Positions 40,825 through 51,151 of a DNA stretch of 64,000 bases are shown piece by piece (within the stretch, counting starts at the first letter, position 1; the number at the start of each line of letters is the position of its first letter). The notes under the pieces were generated by a model. The model was not told where the DNA came from, ran no database searches, and saw only the letters and a list, made by a program, of their open reading frames with translations. The stretch comes from Methylohalobius sp. GTDB lineage: Bacteria > Pseudomonadota > Gammaproteobacteria > Methylococcales > Methylothermaceae. The position numbers were made by a program, and so were the translations under genes. Location of the stretch: contig JAOAHI010000002.1 in assembly GCA_026415315.1 (NCBI GenBank), positions 45,324-109,323 of the forward strand. Direction: 5' to 3'.

Positions 40825-42702
40825 ATGCCCGCCTCACCCGTGATCCCTTTGCCGGAAAGCATAGAGTGCGCCTCACTTCGGGAGCCGGCCCATGCCGTGC
40901 TCTGGGATGATCTGGGAAGCGGTTACTCTCCAGTGCAGGCCGAGGCGATCCGCCGGGCTTATTCTTACGCTGTGGCAACTCCTGGTGAGTTAACCGAGAG
41001 GGCAGTGGCCGTCGCCCTCGTCTTAAAGGAAATCCTAGCCGATGGCCCCACCCTCCAAGCGGCCCTGCTCGTCGATACCGGACTGGAGCAGGCAGCCATA
41101 AGCGCTCATTTCGGAGACCAAGTGGCCTCACGGGTGCGCAAGGTTCTTCAGTTGGAGCGTTTTACTTGTCCGAAATCGGTTCTAGACCAGCCGCGCCAAG
41201 CCGAGATGTGGCGGCGCCTCCTCTTAGCCTTGGCCAATGATGTGCGCCCTTTACTTATTGTGCTGACGCGCCGGCTAGAAACCCTGCGCGCGGCCTGGCG
41301 TGGCAATTTCGAGGACGGCCAAAAGTTGGCCCGTGAGACTCAAGGTATCCATGCTCCTCTGGCTAGTCGCTTAGGTGTACATCGGCTTAAATGGGAGCTG
41401 GAAGACCTTGCATTCCGCATGCTAGAACCAGACACTTATCGCCAACTCGCGCTGCAATTGGCCTCCCGCCGTGCCAGCCGGGAGAGCTACATCCAGGACT
41501 TCATTGCTGGACTTAAAGCAAATCTTGCTAAGGCCAGCATCCAAGCCCAAGTCCAGGGACGCCCTAAGCACATTTACAGCATCTTCAAAAAAATGCAGCG
41601 CAAGAAGGTCGCCTTTTCTGACTTATACGATCTCAACGGCGTGCGGGTCATCGTAAGTGACATTCCGACCTGCTATCGGGTTTTGGCCTTAGTCCACGAC
41701 CTGTGGGAGCCAGTGCCGGAAGAGTTCGACGACTATATCGCTCGTCCTAAGGACAACGGCTATCAGTCCCTACACACCGTGATCCGCGGTCCTCAAGGGG
41801 TACCGGTGGAGGTTCAGATTCGCACCGAGTCCATGCACACCCTGGCCGAATACGGAATGGCAGCCCACTGGCGCTACAAAGAGGGAGGGCGTCAAGACCC
41901 AGTATTGGAGCACACAGTAGCAGCTTTGCGCCGTTCCCTGCAGACAGGGGAAGAAGGTGGTGACTGGTTTGCTGGGCAAATCTTTGTCCTCACGCCAAGG
42001 CAAGAAGTCGTCTGCTTGCCTCAGGGAGCAACACCGATCGGTGTCGCTTACACCATCCACACCGAGGTCGGCCATCGCTGCCGCGGTGCGCGCGTGAACG
42101 GGCGCATCGTGCCGCTCAACTATCGGCTTAAAACAGGTGAACAAGTAGAAATCCTAACCGCCAAGGAAGGCGGGCCAAACCGTGCCTGGCTTGATCTGGT
42201 CCAGACCGACCACGCCCGCCAGCGCATTCGGCAATGGTTTAAACAGAGGGAGGCCGAGGCCTTCCGCCGTCTTGGGCAACAACGCCTGGAACGGGAACTC
42301 AAGCGGCTGGAGATAAAAGAGATCGATTGGCCGCGCCTGCTCCAACGCCTGCGCTTGCATCGGCCAGAAGAAGTGTGGCTCGCTATCGGTCGCGGGCAAA
42401 TCGCGCGCGGCCAATTGGTCGCTGCCCTGCGCGCGACCGCTGCTTCTCAGGCTACAGTCCCCAAAACCCCGGCCAGTCCCAGTTTCGGGCCATCTTCTGG
42501 AACCATTCCTACCCTCTGCGTTCACGGTGAGCGCAACCTTTTAACTCAACTCGCCCGCTGCTGCCAGCCAACCCCAGGCGAGGCGGTAGTTGGCTATCTG
42601 ACCGTGCAGCATCGCATCACTATTCACCGCCTAGATTGCCCAAACATCGTGCACTTGCCAGAGACGCGCCGTAGCCGATTGGTGGAAGCGGTATGGAAAT
42701 AA
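40825..42702 (+). CDS. relA: RelA-like (p)ppGpp synthetase; degenerate hydrolase domain, no ACT domain
   Basis: GRPKHIYSI, EFDDYI, NGYQSLHT, EVQIRT, AAHWRYK, TGS domain, CCQP zinc-finger-like domain; ends at EAVWK. Confidence 0.85.
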   Translation: MPASPVIPLPESIECASLREPAHAVLWDDLGSGYSPVQAEAIRRAYSYAVATPGELTERAVAVALVLKEILADGPTLQAALLVDTGLEQAAISAHFGDQVASRVRKVLQLERFTCPKSVLDQPRQAEMWRRLLLALANDVRPLLIVLTRRLETLRAAWRGNFEDGQKLARETQGIHAPLASRLGVHRLKWELEDLAFRMLEPDTYRQLALQLASRRASRESYIQDFIAGLKANLAKASIQAQVQGRPKHIYSIFKKMQRKKVAFSDLYDLNGVRVIVSDIPTCYRVLALVHDLWEPVPEEFDDYIARPKDNGYQSLHTVIRGPQGVPVEVQIRTESMHTLAEYGMAAHWRYKEGGRQDPVLEHTVAALRRSLQTGEEGGDWFAGQIFVLTPRQEVVCLPQGATPIGVAYTIHTEVGHRCRGARVNGRIVPLNYRLKTGEQVEILTAKEGGPNRAWLDLVQTDHARQRIRQWFKQREAEAFRRLGQQRLERELKRLEIKEIDWPRLLQRLRLHRPEEVWLAIGRGQIARGQLVAALRATAASQATVPKTPASPSFGPSSGTIPTLCVHGERNLLTQLARCCQPTPGEAVVGYLTVQHRITIHRLDCPNIVHLPETRRSRLVEAVWK

Positions 42703-42947
42703 TTCCTGGCTCTTTTTTACACACCCGTAGGAACCACAGGTTCCCAGCACGGCGATGACTGGAACCATTGCTGCCTAATCAGACAATAACGCAAACATTG
42801 TTGAGGTGGCTAGGCTAAACTGTTACGCGAAGACGTTCACGGATTGGTTCAAGCCTTGATTCGCGGCTTAATGTATGGATGCGGAGGACCAACTGAACAT
42901 CGCAGTTGCAACCTGCACCCCTAAACAACTCACCCTCCAACTGTGCC

Positions 42948-45900
42948 TTAGGACTCTCCAGGCGCATATGCAAGGTTGGGAGCCAGCCACTTTTCCGCTT
43001 CGGCTAAAGTCCAGCCCTTGCGGCGAGCATAGTCCTCAACCTGGTCGCGACCTATGCGACCAACGTTGAAGTAATTGGCCTTAGGGTGGGAGAAATACCA
43101 GCCGCTGACCGAGGCCGCAGGCGCCATGGCAAAGCTCTCGGTCAGGCGAATGCTTATCATCTGCTCAACCTGCAGTAGATCAAATAAAACGCGCTTTTCG
43201 GTGTGATCCGGGCATGCTGGATAACCAGGTGCTGGACGAATGCCCCGGTATTTCTCCGCGATCAACTCTTCATTGGTGAGATCTTCGTACGGAGCATAAC
43301 CCCAAAATTCCCGCCGGACCCGCTCGTGCAGGTGCTCAGCAAAGGCTTCGGCCAGCCGATCGGCTAGGGCTTTGAGTAAGATCGCACGATAGTCGTCGTG
43401 GTTGCGCTCAAAGCGGGCTAGAGGCTCCTCGATGCCAATGCCGCAAGTGACCGCAAACGCTCCGATGAAATCGGGAATACCGATCTCCTCCGAGGCCACG
43501 AAGTCGGCCAAACAGTAGTTGGGTTGGCCTGCAGGCTTTGGCTGTTGTTGACGCAGATAGTGGAGCACCCATTCGCGACCGTTCGCCTTCACCACCACGT
43601 CGTCACCGCGGGCAGCGGCGGGAAAGAGCCCCACAATGCCTTGTGCCGTCAACCACTTCTCCGCCACCAGCTGCTCTAACATCCTCTCGGCATCGGCTAA
43701 AAGCCTCCTAGCCTCTTTGCCTACGATCGGATCGTCCAAAATCTTAGGATAACTTCCCATCAACTCCCAAGCTTGAAAAAACGGCGACCAATCGATATAG
43801 CGGATAAGCACCTCCATGGGATAGTCGCAAAAAACGTGTACGCCAGGCCGAAGCGGTGTGGGGGGAGAATAACTTGTCCAGTCGGTGCGCACGCAGTTGG
43901 CGCGCGCCTCATCGATAGCAAGAAGTCGTGCCGACTCCTGCCGCAGCGCGTGGCGGCGGCGCACCTCTTCGTATTCCTGGGCTAGATTCGCCAGAAAAGG
44001 GGCGCGTAACTCGGCGCTCAATAGGCTACCGACCACTCCGACCGCGCGCGAAGCATCAGGAACATACACCACCGAAGCAGGGTAATGAGGATCAATTTTG
44101 ACAGCGGTGTGGACGCGTGAGGTGGTTGCTCCTCCGATCAACAAGGGGAGAGTGAAGCCTTGCCGGGCCATCTCTTTAGCCACGTGAATCATTTCATCTA
44201 AAGAGGGCGTGATCAGTCCTGATAAGCCGATGATGTCAACTTGCTCCTCGCGGGCCACAGCTAAAATTCGATCCGCTGGTACCATCACCCCCAGATCGAT
44301 CACTTCAAAGCCGTTGCATTGCAACACTACCCCGACGATGTTTTTGCCGATGTCGTGAACGTCACCCTTGACCGTAGCGAGTAGAATCTTGCCGGCGCTT
44401 TTTCCTTCCTGGCGCTCTGCCTTAAGATACGGCTCGAGATATGCCACAGCCCGCTTCATTACCCGCGCCGATTTGACCACTTGGGGCAGAAACATCTTGC
44501 CCGCGCCGAACAAATCCCCGACCACGTTCATCCCCGCCATTAAGGGACCCTCGATCACTGCCAGCGGGCTGCCGAGAAGTCTCCTCGCTTCTTCAGCATC
44601 CTCCTCAATATAGTCGGCAACTCCTTGGACTAGAGCATGCTCTAAGCGCTTTTCTACCGGCCAAGTACGCCATTCCAATGCCTGCTGCTGAACAGCCCCC
44701 TCGCCGCGGTATTTGGCCGCCACCTCCAGTAGGCGCTCGTCAGCCTCTTCGTGCCGGCACAAAAGAACGTCTTCTATAGCCTCACGCAGCTCCTGAGGAA
44801 CCTCCTCATAAATGCCCAATTGCCCAGCGTTGACAATGCCCAAGTCCAACCCCGCGCGGATGGCGTGATACAGAAATACCGCATGGATCGCCTCACGCAC
44901 GTAATCGTTGCCACGGAAAGAGAACGATATATTAGAGACCCCGCCCGAAGTCAAAGCATAAGGTAAGGTCTGTTTGATTTCGGCCACCGCTTCGAGAAAA
45001 TCCAAGCCATAGCGGCGGTGTTCGGGAATGCCAGTGGCCACGGCGAAGATATTCGCGTCGAAGATGATGTCCTCAGGCGGGAAATCAAGCCTTTCGCGCA
45101 GAAGGCGATAGGCGCGGGTGCAGATCTCCACCTTGCGCTCCTTAGTGTCGGCTTGCCCTCGCTCATCGAAGGCCATCACCACCACTGCCGCCCCATACAA
45201 GCGGGCTAAGCGGGCGTGTTCTAAGAACATCTCCTCGCCTTCTTTCAGAGAGAGGGAATTGATAACCCCCTTGCCCTGGATGCACCGCAGTCCGGCCTCT
45301 ATCACCTCCCACTTGGAGGAGTCGACCATGATCGGCACGCGGGCAATATCAGGCTCGGAGGCGATTAGGTTTAAGAATTGGACCATCGCTTCTTTGGCAT
45401 CGAGCATCCCCTCGTCCAGGTTGACGTCGATCATCTGCGCGCCATTTTCCACCTGCTGTCTAGCGACCTCCACAGCGGCGGCAAAATTTCCCTCTTGGAT
45501 CAGGCGGCGGAAGCGAGAAGAGCCTGTCACGTTGGTGCGCTCGCCCACGTTGACAAATAAAGAACCCGGGCCGATGTTTAAAGGCTCAAGGCCCGCCAAG
45601 CGGGTTAGGATTTTGGGCTTGGGCACACGCCTAGGTGCTATCCCAGCCACCGCCTCGGCAATCGCTTGGATGTGCTCTGGGGTGGTACCGCAGCAGCCGC
45701 CTATGATGTTAAGCCACCCTTCTTTCGCCCACTCGCCTATTTCCTGGGCCATGGTCTCGGGGGTCTCGTCGTAGCCCCCCAATTCATTAGGCAGCCCAGC
45801 GTTGGGGTGGGCAGAAACGCAAGTGTCGATGTAAGCTGAGATTTCTTCGATGTGCCGGCGCAGCTCTCTGGCCCCCAAGGCGCAATTGAAACCAAAGGAC

Positions 45901-46610
45901 AAAGGCTCGGCGTGGCGTAGCGAGTTCCAGAATGCCTCTGGAGTCTGGCCGGATAAAGTGCGGCCAGAGGCGTCGGTGATGGTGCCGGAAATCATGAGCG
46001 GCCTCTCTATTCCGTACCTGGCAAAATATTGCTTGACTGCAAACACCGCTGCCTTGGCGTTCAGGGTATCGAACACGGTCTCGATCAGAATCAGGTCCAC
46101 GCCGCCCTCGATTAATCCTGCCACTGCTTCGGTATAAGCCTGCACGAGATCCTGAAAAGTCACGTTGCGCAGTCCCGGATCGTTGACGTCCGGGGAAATG
46201 GAGGCAGTACGGTTAGTGGGGCCGAGGACGCCGGCGACAAAACGTGGTTTCTCTTCGGTGCTGAATGCATCCGCCGCCTGCCGCGCCAGGCGTGCTGCGG
46301 CCAAGTTGAGCTCATACGCCAAGGACTGCATGCCATAGTCGGCCAAGCTAATCCGGTTGGCGTTGAAGCTGTTGGTTTCGATAACGTCCGCGCCGGCCTT
46401 CAGGTATTGACGATGAATGTTCACTATGATCTGCGGCTGGGTCAAAACCAACAGATCGTTGTTGCCCTTAAGGTCACTTGGCCAATCCTGAAAACGCTCA
46501 CCGCGGTAGTCGGACTCGCCCAATTTGTAGGCCTGGATCATGGTGCCCATGGCCCCGTCTAGGATCAGGATGCGTTGTGCCAGATGCTCTTTAATCAAAT
46601 TGCTACGCAT
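42948..46610 (-). CDS. metH: Cobalamin-dependent methionine synthase
   Basis: [31 protein letters not shown]. Confidence 0.99.
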   Translation of the reverse strand: MRSNLIKEHLAQRILILDGAMGTMIQAYKLGESDYRGERFQDWPSDLKGNNDLLVLTQPQIIVNIHRQYLKAGADVIETNSFNANRISLADYGMQSLAYELNLAAARLARQAADAFSTEEKPRFVAGVLGPTNRTASISPDVNDPGLRNVTFQDLVQAYTEAVAGLIEGGVDLILIETVFDTLNAKAAVFAVKQYFARYGIERPLMISGTITDASGRTLSGQTPEAFWNSLRHAEPLSFGFNCALGARELRRHIEEISAYIDTCVSAHPNAGLPNELGGYDETPETMAQEIGEWAKEGWLNIIGGCCGTTPEHIQAIAEAVAGIAPRRVPKPKILTRLAGLEPLNIGPGSLFVNVGERTNVTGSSRFRRLIQEGNFAAAVEVARQQVENGAQMIDVNLDEGMLDAKEAMVQFLNLIASEPDIARVPIMVDSSKWEVIEAGLRCIQGKGVINSLSLKEGEEMFLEHARLARLYGAAVVVMAFDERGQADTKERKVEICTRAYRLLRERLDFPPEDIIFDANIFAVATGIPEHRRYGLDFLEAVAEIKQTLPYALTSGGVSNISFSFRGNDYVREAIHAVFLYHAIRAGLDLGIVNAGQLGIYEEVPQELREAIEDVLLCRHEEADERLLEVAAKYRGEGAVQQQALEWRTWPVEKRLEHALVQGVADYIEEDAEEARRLLGSPLAVIEGPLMAGMNVVGDLFGAGKMFLPQVVKSARVMKRAVAYLEPYLKAERQEGKSAGKILLATVKGDVHDIGKNIVGVVLQCNGFEVIDLGVMVPADRILAVAREEQVDIIGLSGLITPSLDEMIHVAKEMARQGFTLPLLIGGATTSRVHTAVKIDPHYPASVVYVPDASRAVGVVGSLLSAELRAPFLANLAQEYEEVRRRHALRQESARLLAIDEARANCVRTDWTSYSPPTPLRPGVHVFCDYPMEVLIRYIDWSPFFQAWELMGSYPKILDDPIVGKEARRLLADAERMLEQLVAEKWLTAQGIVGLFPAAARGDDVVVKANGREWVLHYLRQQQPKPAGQPNYCLADFVASEEIGIPDFIGAFAVTCGIGIEEPLARFERNHDDYRAILLKALADRLAEAFAEHLHERVRREFWGYAPYEDLTNEELIAEKYRGIRPAPGYPACPDHTEKRVLFDLLQVEQMISIRLTESFAMAPAASVSGWYFSHPKANYFNVGRIGRDQVEDYARRKGWTLAEAEKWLAPNLAYAPGES

Positions 46611-46699
46611 GGCTTAAAATGATCAAATGGAAAGGCGTCCTAGCAATGCCGATTTTGCGATAATGACATTTTTATAACAACAAATTTGAGGAGGACCCC

Positions 46700-47137
46700 A
46701 TGCGCACGATCCTATTTTCGTCTTTGGTGGCAGGACTTTTAGCCTCCATCACCGGTTGGGCGGTCACCCTCCACCCGCCTAGTGCGACGTCGGAGCAATC
46801 CGCGCAACGCCATCCGATTCAACTCAAGGACGCCACCGCCATCCTTGGCCGCTGGACGCTGGTGGAAGTTGCCCCCCGCGCCACCGGGCCGCGTATCCCA
46901 GAGAACAGAACATGGGAATTCAAGCCCGACGGATCTTTGATCACCTCGGGCTACAACCGCCATTTTAAGCGCGAGGACCGGCAGGAGTTCCATTATCAGG
47001 TCAAGGATGGCATGATCGTCACCGATCTGCCGGGGAGACCGGATAAACAACTCATTTACCAAGTCTATGACCTAAAAAACGGCGACTTGATCCTACAAGG
47101 CGGCGTGGAGGGTTTCTATTTCTTCAAACGCAAATGA
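46700..47137 (+). CDS. Exported hypothetical protein, lipocalin-like
   Basis: Signal peptide, GRW motif near the N-terminus, C-terminal YFFKR; GAGGAGG RBS. Confidence 0.6.
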   Translation: MRTILFSSLVAGLLASITGWAVTLHPPSATSEQSAQRHPIQLKDATAILGRWTLVEVAPRATGPRIPENRTWEFKPDGSLITSGYNRHFKREDRQEFHYQVKDGMIVTDLPGRPDKQLIYQVYDLKNGDLILQGGVEGFYFFKRK

Positions 47138-47150
47138 CTGCACAGAGGAG

Positions 47151-47741
47151 TTGGCAATGAAAGCGAACATCGACAGCAAGTATAAAATCGACATTTTAAT
47201 GTGGGCGGGAATTCTAGTGGCCAGCTTCCTGCTCATAGGCATATTTATGGTATTTACCACTACCTCCCCGTTGGAGCTGATTAAGAAAATCCTAAGCGCT
47301 ATCTTGATCATGTTCTTGCCCGGATACGTCATCGTCAAGCTCTATCTAGATCAGCTCAAGCTCACCGATAACCCAGCGCTGGATAGATTCATCCTCTCCT
47401 TTGCCTTGTCCATCGTCACTGTCCAGTCCCTAGCTTTTTTAGTCAGCTACTTTGCCGTCCACGAACTCGAGCTGGACCAGGAGATTCGAATCAGCGTGGA
47501 AAACCAAGTACCCCTGATCATCGTCTTTTTGGTCATCGCAGTCGCGGTGGGGCTGAAGTTCTTCCAGGATAAAGTTACTGCTCTGTGGCAGCAGATGTCG
47601 TCTTGGGCCAGCCAGAAAATCGGCGAGAGCGGGCCGATGATCCTGTTGATTCTGGTCACATTCCTGACTTTGGCGGTGCTCTTCGGGCTGGTCAGGCTAA
47701 TCTTATTTATCGTCATGAGGCTTTCCGGCTTGCCGGCCTGA
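47151..47741 (+). CDS. Multi-pass membrane hypothetical protein (DUF1616-like motifs)
   Basis: About 5 hydrophobic helices, FLPGY and LDRFILSFALSI; GAGGAG RBS. Confidence 0.6.
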   Translation: MAMKANIDSKYKIDILMWAGILVASFLLIGIFMVFTTTSPLELIKKILSAILIMFLPGYVIVKLYLDQLKLTDNPALDRFILSFALSIVTVQSLAFLVSYFAVHELELDQEIRISVENQVPLIIVFLVIAVAVGLKFFQDKVTALWQQMSSWASQKIGESGPMILLILVTFLTLAVLFGLVRLILFIVMRLSGLPA

Positions 47742-47757
47742 ACCTAGAACTTTTCTT

Positions 47758-47786
47758 AAGCGGGCCTTGCAGGCCCGCTTTATTTT
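47758..47786 (+). terminator. Intrinsic terminator
   Basis: AAGCGGGCCT-TGC-AGGCCCGCTT then TATTTT. Confidence 0.75.
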
Positions 47787-47789
47787 GCC

Positions 47790-49460
47790 ATGACGGACCG
47801 ACCCTGGCTTAACCTTTATCCGCCAAGCCTTCCGGCGGATCTTCCTCCGCCTCAAGATGCTTCGCTAGCGGCTCTGTTCGAACGCATAAGCCGCCAGTTT
47901 ACCAGCCTTCCGGCCTTGGAAAACTTAGGAACCGTAATCACTTACGGCGATTGGGACAGGTTATCCTTGCGCTTTGCCCACAGCTTGATCCGAGTTGGCC
48001 TTACCCGAGGCGAGCGGCTAGCGATCATGTTGCCCAACCTGCTGCAATTTCCAGTCGCACTTATAGGAGCCCTGCGCGCGGGTCTTACCGTAGTCAACAT
48101 TAATCCGCTGTTTACTCCGCGAGAGTTAGCGCAGGAGCTGGCCGACTCCCAGGCTTCAGCGATTCTCCTTCTGGCCAATTTTGGCCACGTTCTAGAACAG
48201 GCCATACGCACGTTCGGACTGAAAATCAAACATATCTTTGTTACCGAGGCTGGCGATCTTCACCCCGCGCCAAAGCGTCAATGGATAAATTGGGCTTTGC
48301 GCTATGTAAAGCGCTCGGTGATGCCTTTCCATTTACCTATCACCGCCAGCTTTCGCCAAGCCCTCGTAGAGGGGCAGGAATCGCCTCTAAACATTCCTGT
48401 ACAGTCCCAAGACCTTGCTTTTCTGCAATATACCGGCGGCACTACCGGCACCCCCAAGGGAGCGATGCTTTCTCATGCCAACCTGCTTGCCAACATTGAA
48501 CAGGCGCGCCTGTGGTTGTCTTGCCAGGACTTTCACAAGCACCTGAGGCCTGGCTATGAACGGGTGATCACTGCCCTGCCTCTCTATCACATTTTCGCCT
48601 TGACCGCCAACCTTTGGGTCGGAATGGCCCTAGGAGCCCATAATTACCTCGTTACCGATCCTAGAAATTTACCTGGCTTGATTAAAACCTTAAATCAAGC
48701 CAAACCTACAGTGATCACCGGGGTCAATACTCTGTTCAGCCACCTACTTGCCGCTTCAGAATTTACAGAGCTCGACTTCTCTTCCCTGAAACTTACTTTG
48801 TCCGGCGGCATGGCCATGCAGAGGGCGGTCGCCGAGCGCTGGCAGCAGATCACCGGCTGCCCAATCCTGGAAGGCTATGGTTTGACCGAGACCTCCCCGG
48901 TAGTGACATTAAACCCTCTAGACCTAGATACGTTTACCGGCAGCATAGGGTTACCACTGCCGGGCACCGAATGCCAAATCATGGACGATAGCCGGCCCCT
49001 GCCGGCAGGAGCAGTCGGAGAATTGTGCGTACGCGGTCCCCAAGTGATGCAGGGCTACTTTAACCAGCCTGAGGAGACGCGCGCTGTCTTAAGCGAAGAC
49101 GGCTGGCTGCGCACAGGCGACCTTGCGAGGATGGATGAAAATGGGTTCTTTTATTTGGTGGACCGCAAAAAGGATCTGATCTTGGTCTCCGGTTTCAACG
49201 TCTATCCTAACGAGATCGAAGAGGTGGTGGCTTCCCACCCTAAAGTCAAGGAATGCGCAGCGGTAGGCGTACCGGACGCCGATACCGGAGAGGCGGTTAA
49301 GCTCGTGGTAGTCAAAGCCGACCCCAGCCTAACTGCCGATGAGCTTCGGGCCTGGTGCCGGGCTAATCTTACGGCCTACAAGCGCCCTCACCAGATTGAA
49401 TTTCGCTCAGAACTTCCCAAGTCGGCGGTGGGTAAAGTGCTGCGCCGCCAGCTTAGATAA
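47790..49460 (+). CDS. Long-chain fatty acid-CoA ligase (FadD-like)
   Basis: YTGGTTGTPKG, GYGLTET, TGD, DRKKDLILVSGFNVYPNE, GKV. Confidence 0.93.
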   Translation: MTDRPWLNLYPPSLPADLPPPQDASLAALFERISRQFTSLPALENLGTVITYGDWDRLSLRFAHSLIRVGLTRGERLAIMLPNLLQFPVALIGALRAGLTVVNINPLFTPRELAQELADSQASAILLLANFGHVLEQAIRTFGLKIKHIFVTEAGDLHPAPKRQWINWALRYVKRSVMPFHLPITASFRQALVEGQESPLNIPVQSQDLAFLQYTGGTTGTPKGAMLSHANLLANIEQARLWLSCQDFHKHLRPGYERVITALPLYHIFALTANLWVGMALGAHNYLVTDPRNLPGLIKTLNQAKPTVITGVNTLFSHLLAASEFTELDFSSLKLTLSGGMAMQRAVAERWQQITGCPILEGYGLTETSPVVTLNPLDLDTFTGSIGLPLPGTECQIMDDSRPLPAGAVGELCVRGPQVMQGYFNQPEETRAVLSEDGWLRTGDLARMDENGFFYLVDRKKDLILVSGFNVYPNEIEEVVASHPKVKECAAVGVPDADTGEAVKLVVVKADPSLTADELRAWCRANLTAYKRPHQIEFRSELPKSAVGKVLRRQLR

Positions 49461-49566
49461 GTCGTTTTTGCTCCAGATCAAAAACCGAACTCCCGTTAAG
49501 TGGTAACTTAAGCTGCGCCAAGCACTTTTGGCCAATTGACAACCGTTTTTTTTAAGGAGAAAACCA

Positions 49567-49734
49567 ATGAGCCAACAGCCTAAACAGGAGAAAGATTACT
49601 TTTGGCAGATCATCGTCGGCGTCATTGCCCTCGTGGCCGTGACCTTGTGGCTAGTTAAAAGCCAGGAACATGGTAAATACGTCACTTCCCAACAAGCCAT
49701 CCAGCAGGACAAAGCCTTTTCCGCTTACCGGTAA
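49567..49734 (+). CDS. Small single-pass membrane protein, 55 aa (absent from ORF track)
   Basis: AAGGAG RBS; MSQQPKQEKDYFWQIIVGVIALVAVTLWLVKSQEHGKYVTSQQAIQQDKAFSAYR; followed by a strong terminator. Confidence 0.8.
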   Translation: MSQQPKQEKDYFWQIIVGVIALVAVTLWLVKSQEHGKYVTSQQAIQQDKAFSAYR

Positions 49735-49774
49735 CGTTGTTTATCCCTTGACTCCTCCTTCTCTGAAATGGACA

Positions 49775-49809
49775 GAGAGGTGGGCATAAATGCCCACCTC
49801 TCCTTTTTT
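49775..49809 (+). terminator. Intrinsic terminator after the small ORF
   Basis: GAGAGGTGGGCA-TAAA-TGCCCACCTCTC perfect 12-bp stem, then CTTTTTT. Confidence 0.85.
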
Positions 49810-49812
49810 GTC

Positions 49813-50640
49813 TCACAAAAGATTGCCCTCTTTATCCACCAGCGGCACCTGATAGCGCTTGAGCAAGGCGGTGATCGTTTCTTTGTTTTGCTCGATCAAT
49901 TCGTCGAGTTTAGCCTTGAGCACCTTGTCGTCACGCCGGACGCCCATAGCGATAGCGTAGTCAAAGCGGATCCCAGGCTCCGACTTAAGAGGCAACAAGC
50001 GATAATCCTTGGGATGCTTAAGGCTCAAATAAGCGCCTAGCGGTCCCCATACGACTGCCATGTTGACTCGGTCGGCGGCAAATTCCTGCTCCAGCGTCAA
50101 CGCCGTGTTGACTTTGGGATCACCAGTCATAGCTTGGTATGTATGCCCCCAGTCGATAAGGCCATGTCGCAACAGCCACGTCACCCCCGGCGTGCGGTCA
50201 AACATAGCGATCTTGAGCTTAGCTTTGCGCTCGGCAGGCAAAGCAAACAACTTCTCTGGCTGATCGATGTCGTCAAAACCTTTTCCCTGAGCAATCACCA
50301 ATACATAGGTGGAACGGTAATAAGGCTTAGTGGTTGCGGCCAGCTCAAATCCAGCGGGTAAACCCATAACCACGTCGCACTTGTACTTATCGGTCTCAGG
50401 ATCCTTAGCTTGCAAGGTATTGCGCAGGAAACCGATCCGCTGCGGGTACCAGGTGTACACAACCGGCTTTTTTAGGGCCTGGGCAAACAACTTAGCGATC
50501 TGGTTCTCAAACCCTTCCTCTTGCTGAGTGGACAAAGGAGGGTTCATCGGATCGGCACAAACGCGCAGAGGTTCTTCGTCGGCGCAGGCTATTCCTGCCA
50601 ACCACGCGAGAGCGAGGATATGAGTTAAACGCACTAGCAT
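49813..50640 (-). CDS. MxaJ/XoxJ-family periplasmic binding protein (quinoprotein dehydrogenase-associated)
   Basis: Signal peptide, LRVCADPMNPPLS, GFENQIA, CDVVMG, PYYRSTYV, IAMGVRR. Confidence 0.88.
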   Translation of the reverse strand: MLVRLTHILALAWLAGIACADEEPLRVCADPMNPPLSTQQEEGFENQIAKLFAQALKKPVVYTWYPQRIGFLRNTLQAKDPETDKYKCDVVMGLPAGFELAATTKPYYRSTYVLVIAQGKGFDDIDQPEKLFALPAERKAKLKIAMFDRTPGVTWLLRHGLIDWGHTYQAMTGDPKVNTALTLEQEFAADRVNMAVVWGPLGAYLSLKHPKDYRLLPLKSEPGIRFDYAIAMGVRRDDKVLKAKLDELIEQNKETITALLKRYQVPLVDKEGNLL

Positions 50641-50758
50641 CGATGCGACTCCTTAATAGTAAGTGTTAATGAGCAAGGCAGCAGTATACACTCCCTTGTC
50701 GGCCGCAGAATTTTTAGGTAGCTTTAGTTCTTCGTTCATATCCTGAGGCTATAGCTCC

Positions 50759-51151
50759 ATGACCCTGCAGGCTAAAGACATCATGGAACCAGAAGTGGTC
50801 TCCGTTCCCCCGGAAATGACCCTGGATCAATTCGAAGAGTTCCTGACTATTCAGGACATAGACGGGGCACCAGTGCAAAACGCTGTTGGGGAAATCATCG
50901 GCATTGCCTCTAAAACCGACGTCATTCGCGCCCTGCGTTTCCAAGGGCGGGATTGTTTTAAAGCAAGTGGGAGAGAGATCACCGTAGGCGACATCATGAC
51001 CGACGAGGTGGTCTTTGTTCCGCCCGACCTTTCTCCGCGAGAAGTGGCCGAGCTGATGATCGAGCACCGCATCCATCGGGTTCTGGTGGGAGACAAGCGC
51101 GGCGTACGCGGGATTATCACTGCCTTCGATTTGCTGCGCCTCGTACGCTAA
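50759..51151 (+). CDS. Stand-alone CBS-domain (Bateman) protein
   Basis: Two CBS repeats (AKDIM...GAPV...GIASKTD; VGDIM...GIITAFD). Confidence 0.88.
   Translation: MTLQAKDIMEPEVVSVPPEMTLDQFEEFLTIQDIDGAPVQNAVGEIIGIASKTDVIRALRFQGRDCFKASGREITVGDIMTDEVVFVPPDLSPREVAELMIEHRIHRVLVGDKRGVRGIITAFDLLRLVR

Noticed and set aside
42841-42860. CTTGAACCAA (minus strand), resembling part of 6S RNA
   Set aside because: No complementary GGTTCAAG arm or long closing stem visible
45118-45774. 218-aa ORF opposite metH, and similar ORFs opposite the mur genes, yidC, hflX and sulP
   Set aside because: Antisense or alternate-frame artefacts fully inside well-supported genes
46611-46699. Cobalamin or SAM riboswitch, or MetJ/MetR boxes, upstream of metH
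   Set aside because: Only 89 bp shared with a divergent gene; no riboswitch core, and just one weak MetJ-like 8-mer (AGGCGTCC)
49501-49516. Possible sigma54 promoter before the small ORF (TGGTAACTTAAGCTGC)
   Set aside because: GG-to-GC spacing is 11 nt rather than the required 10
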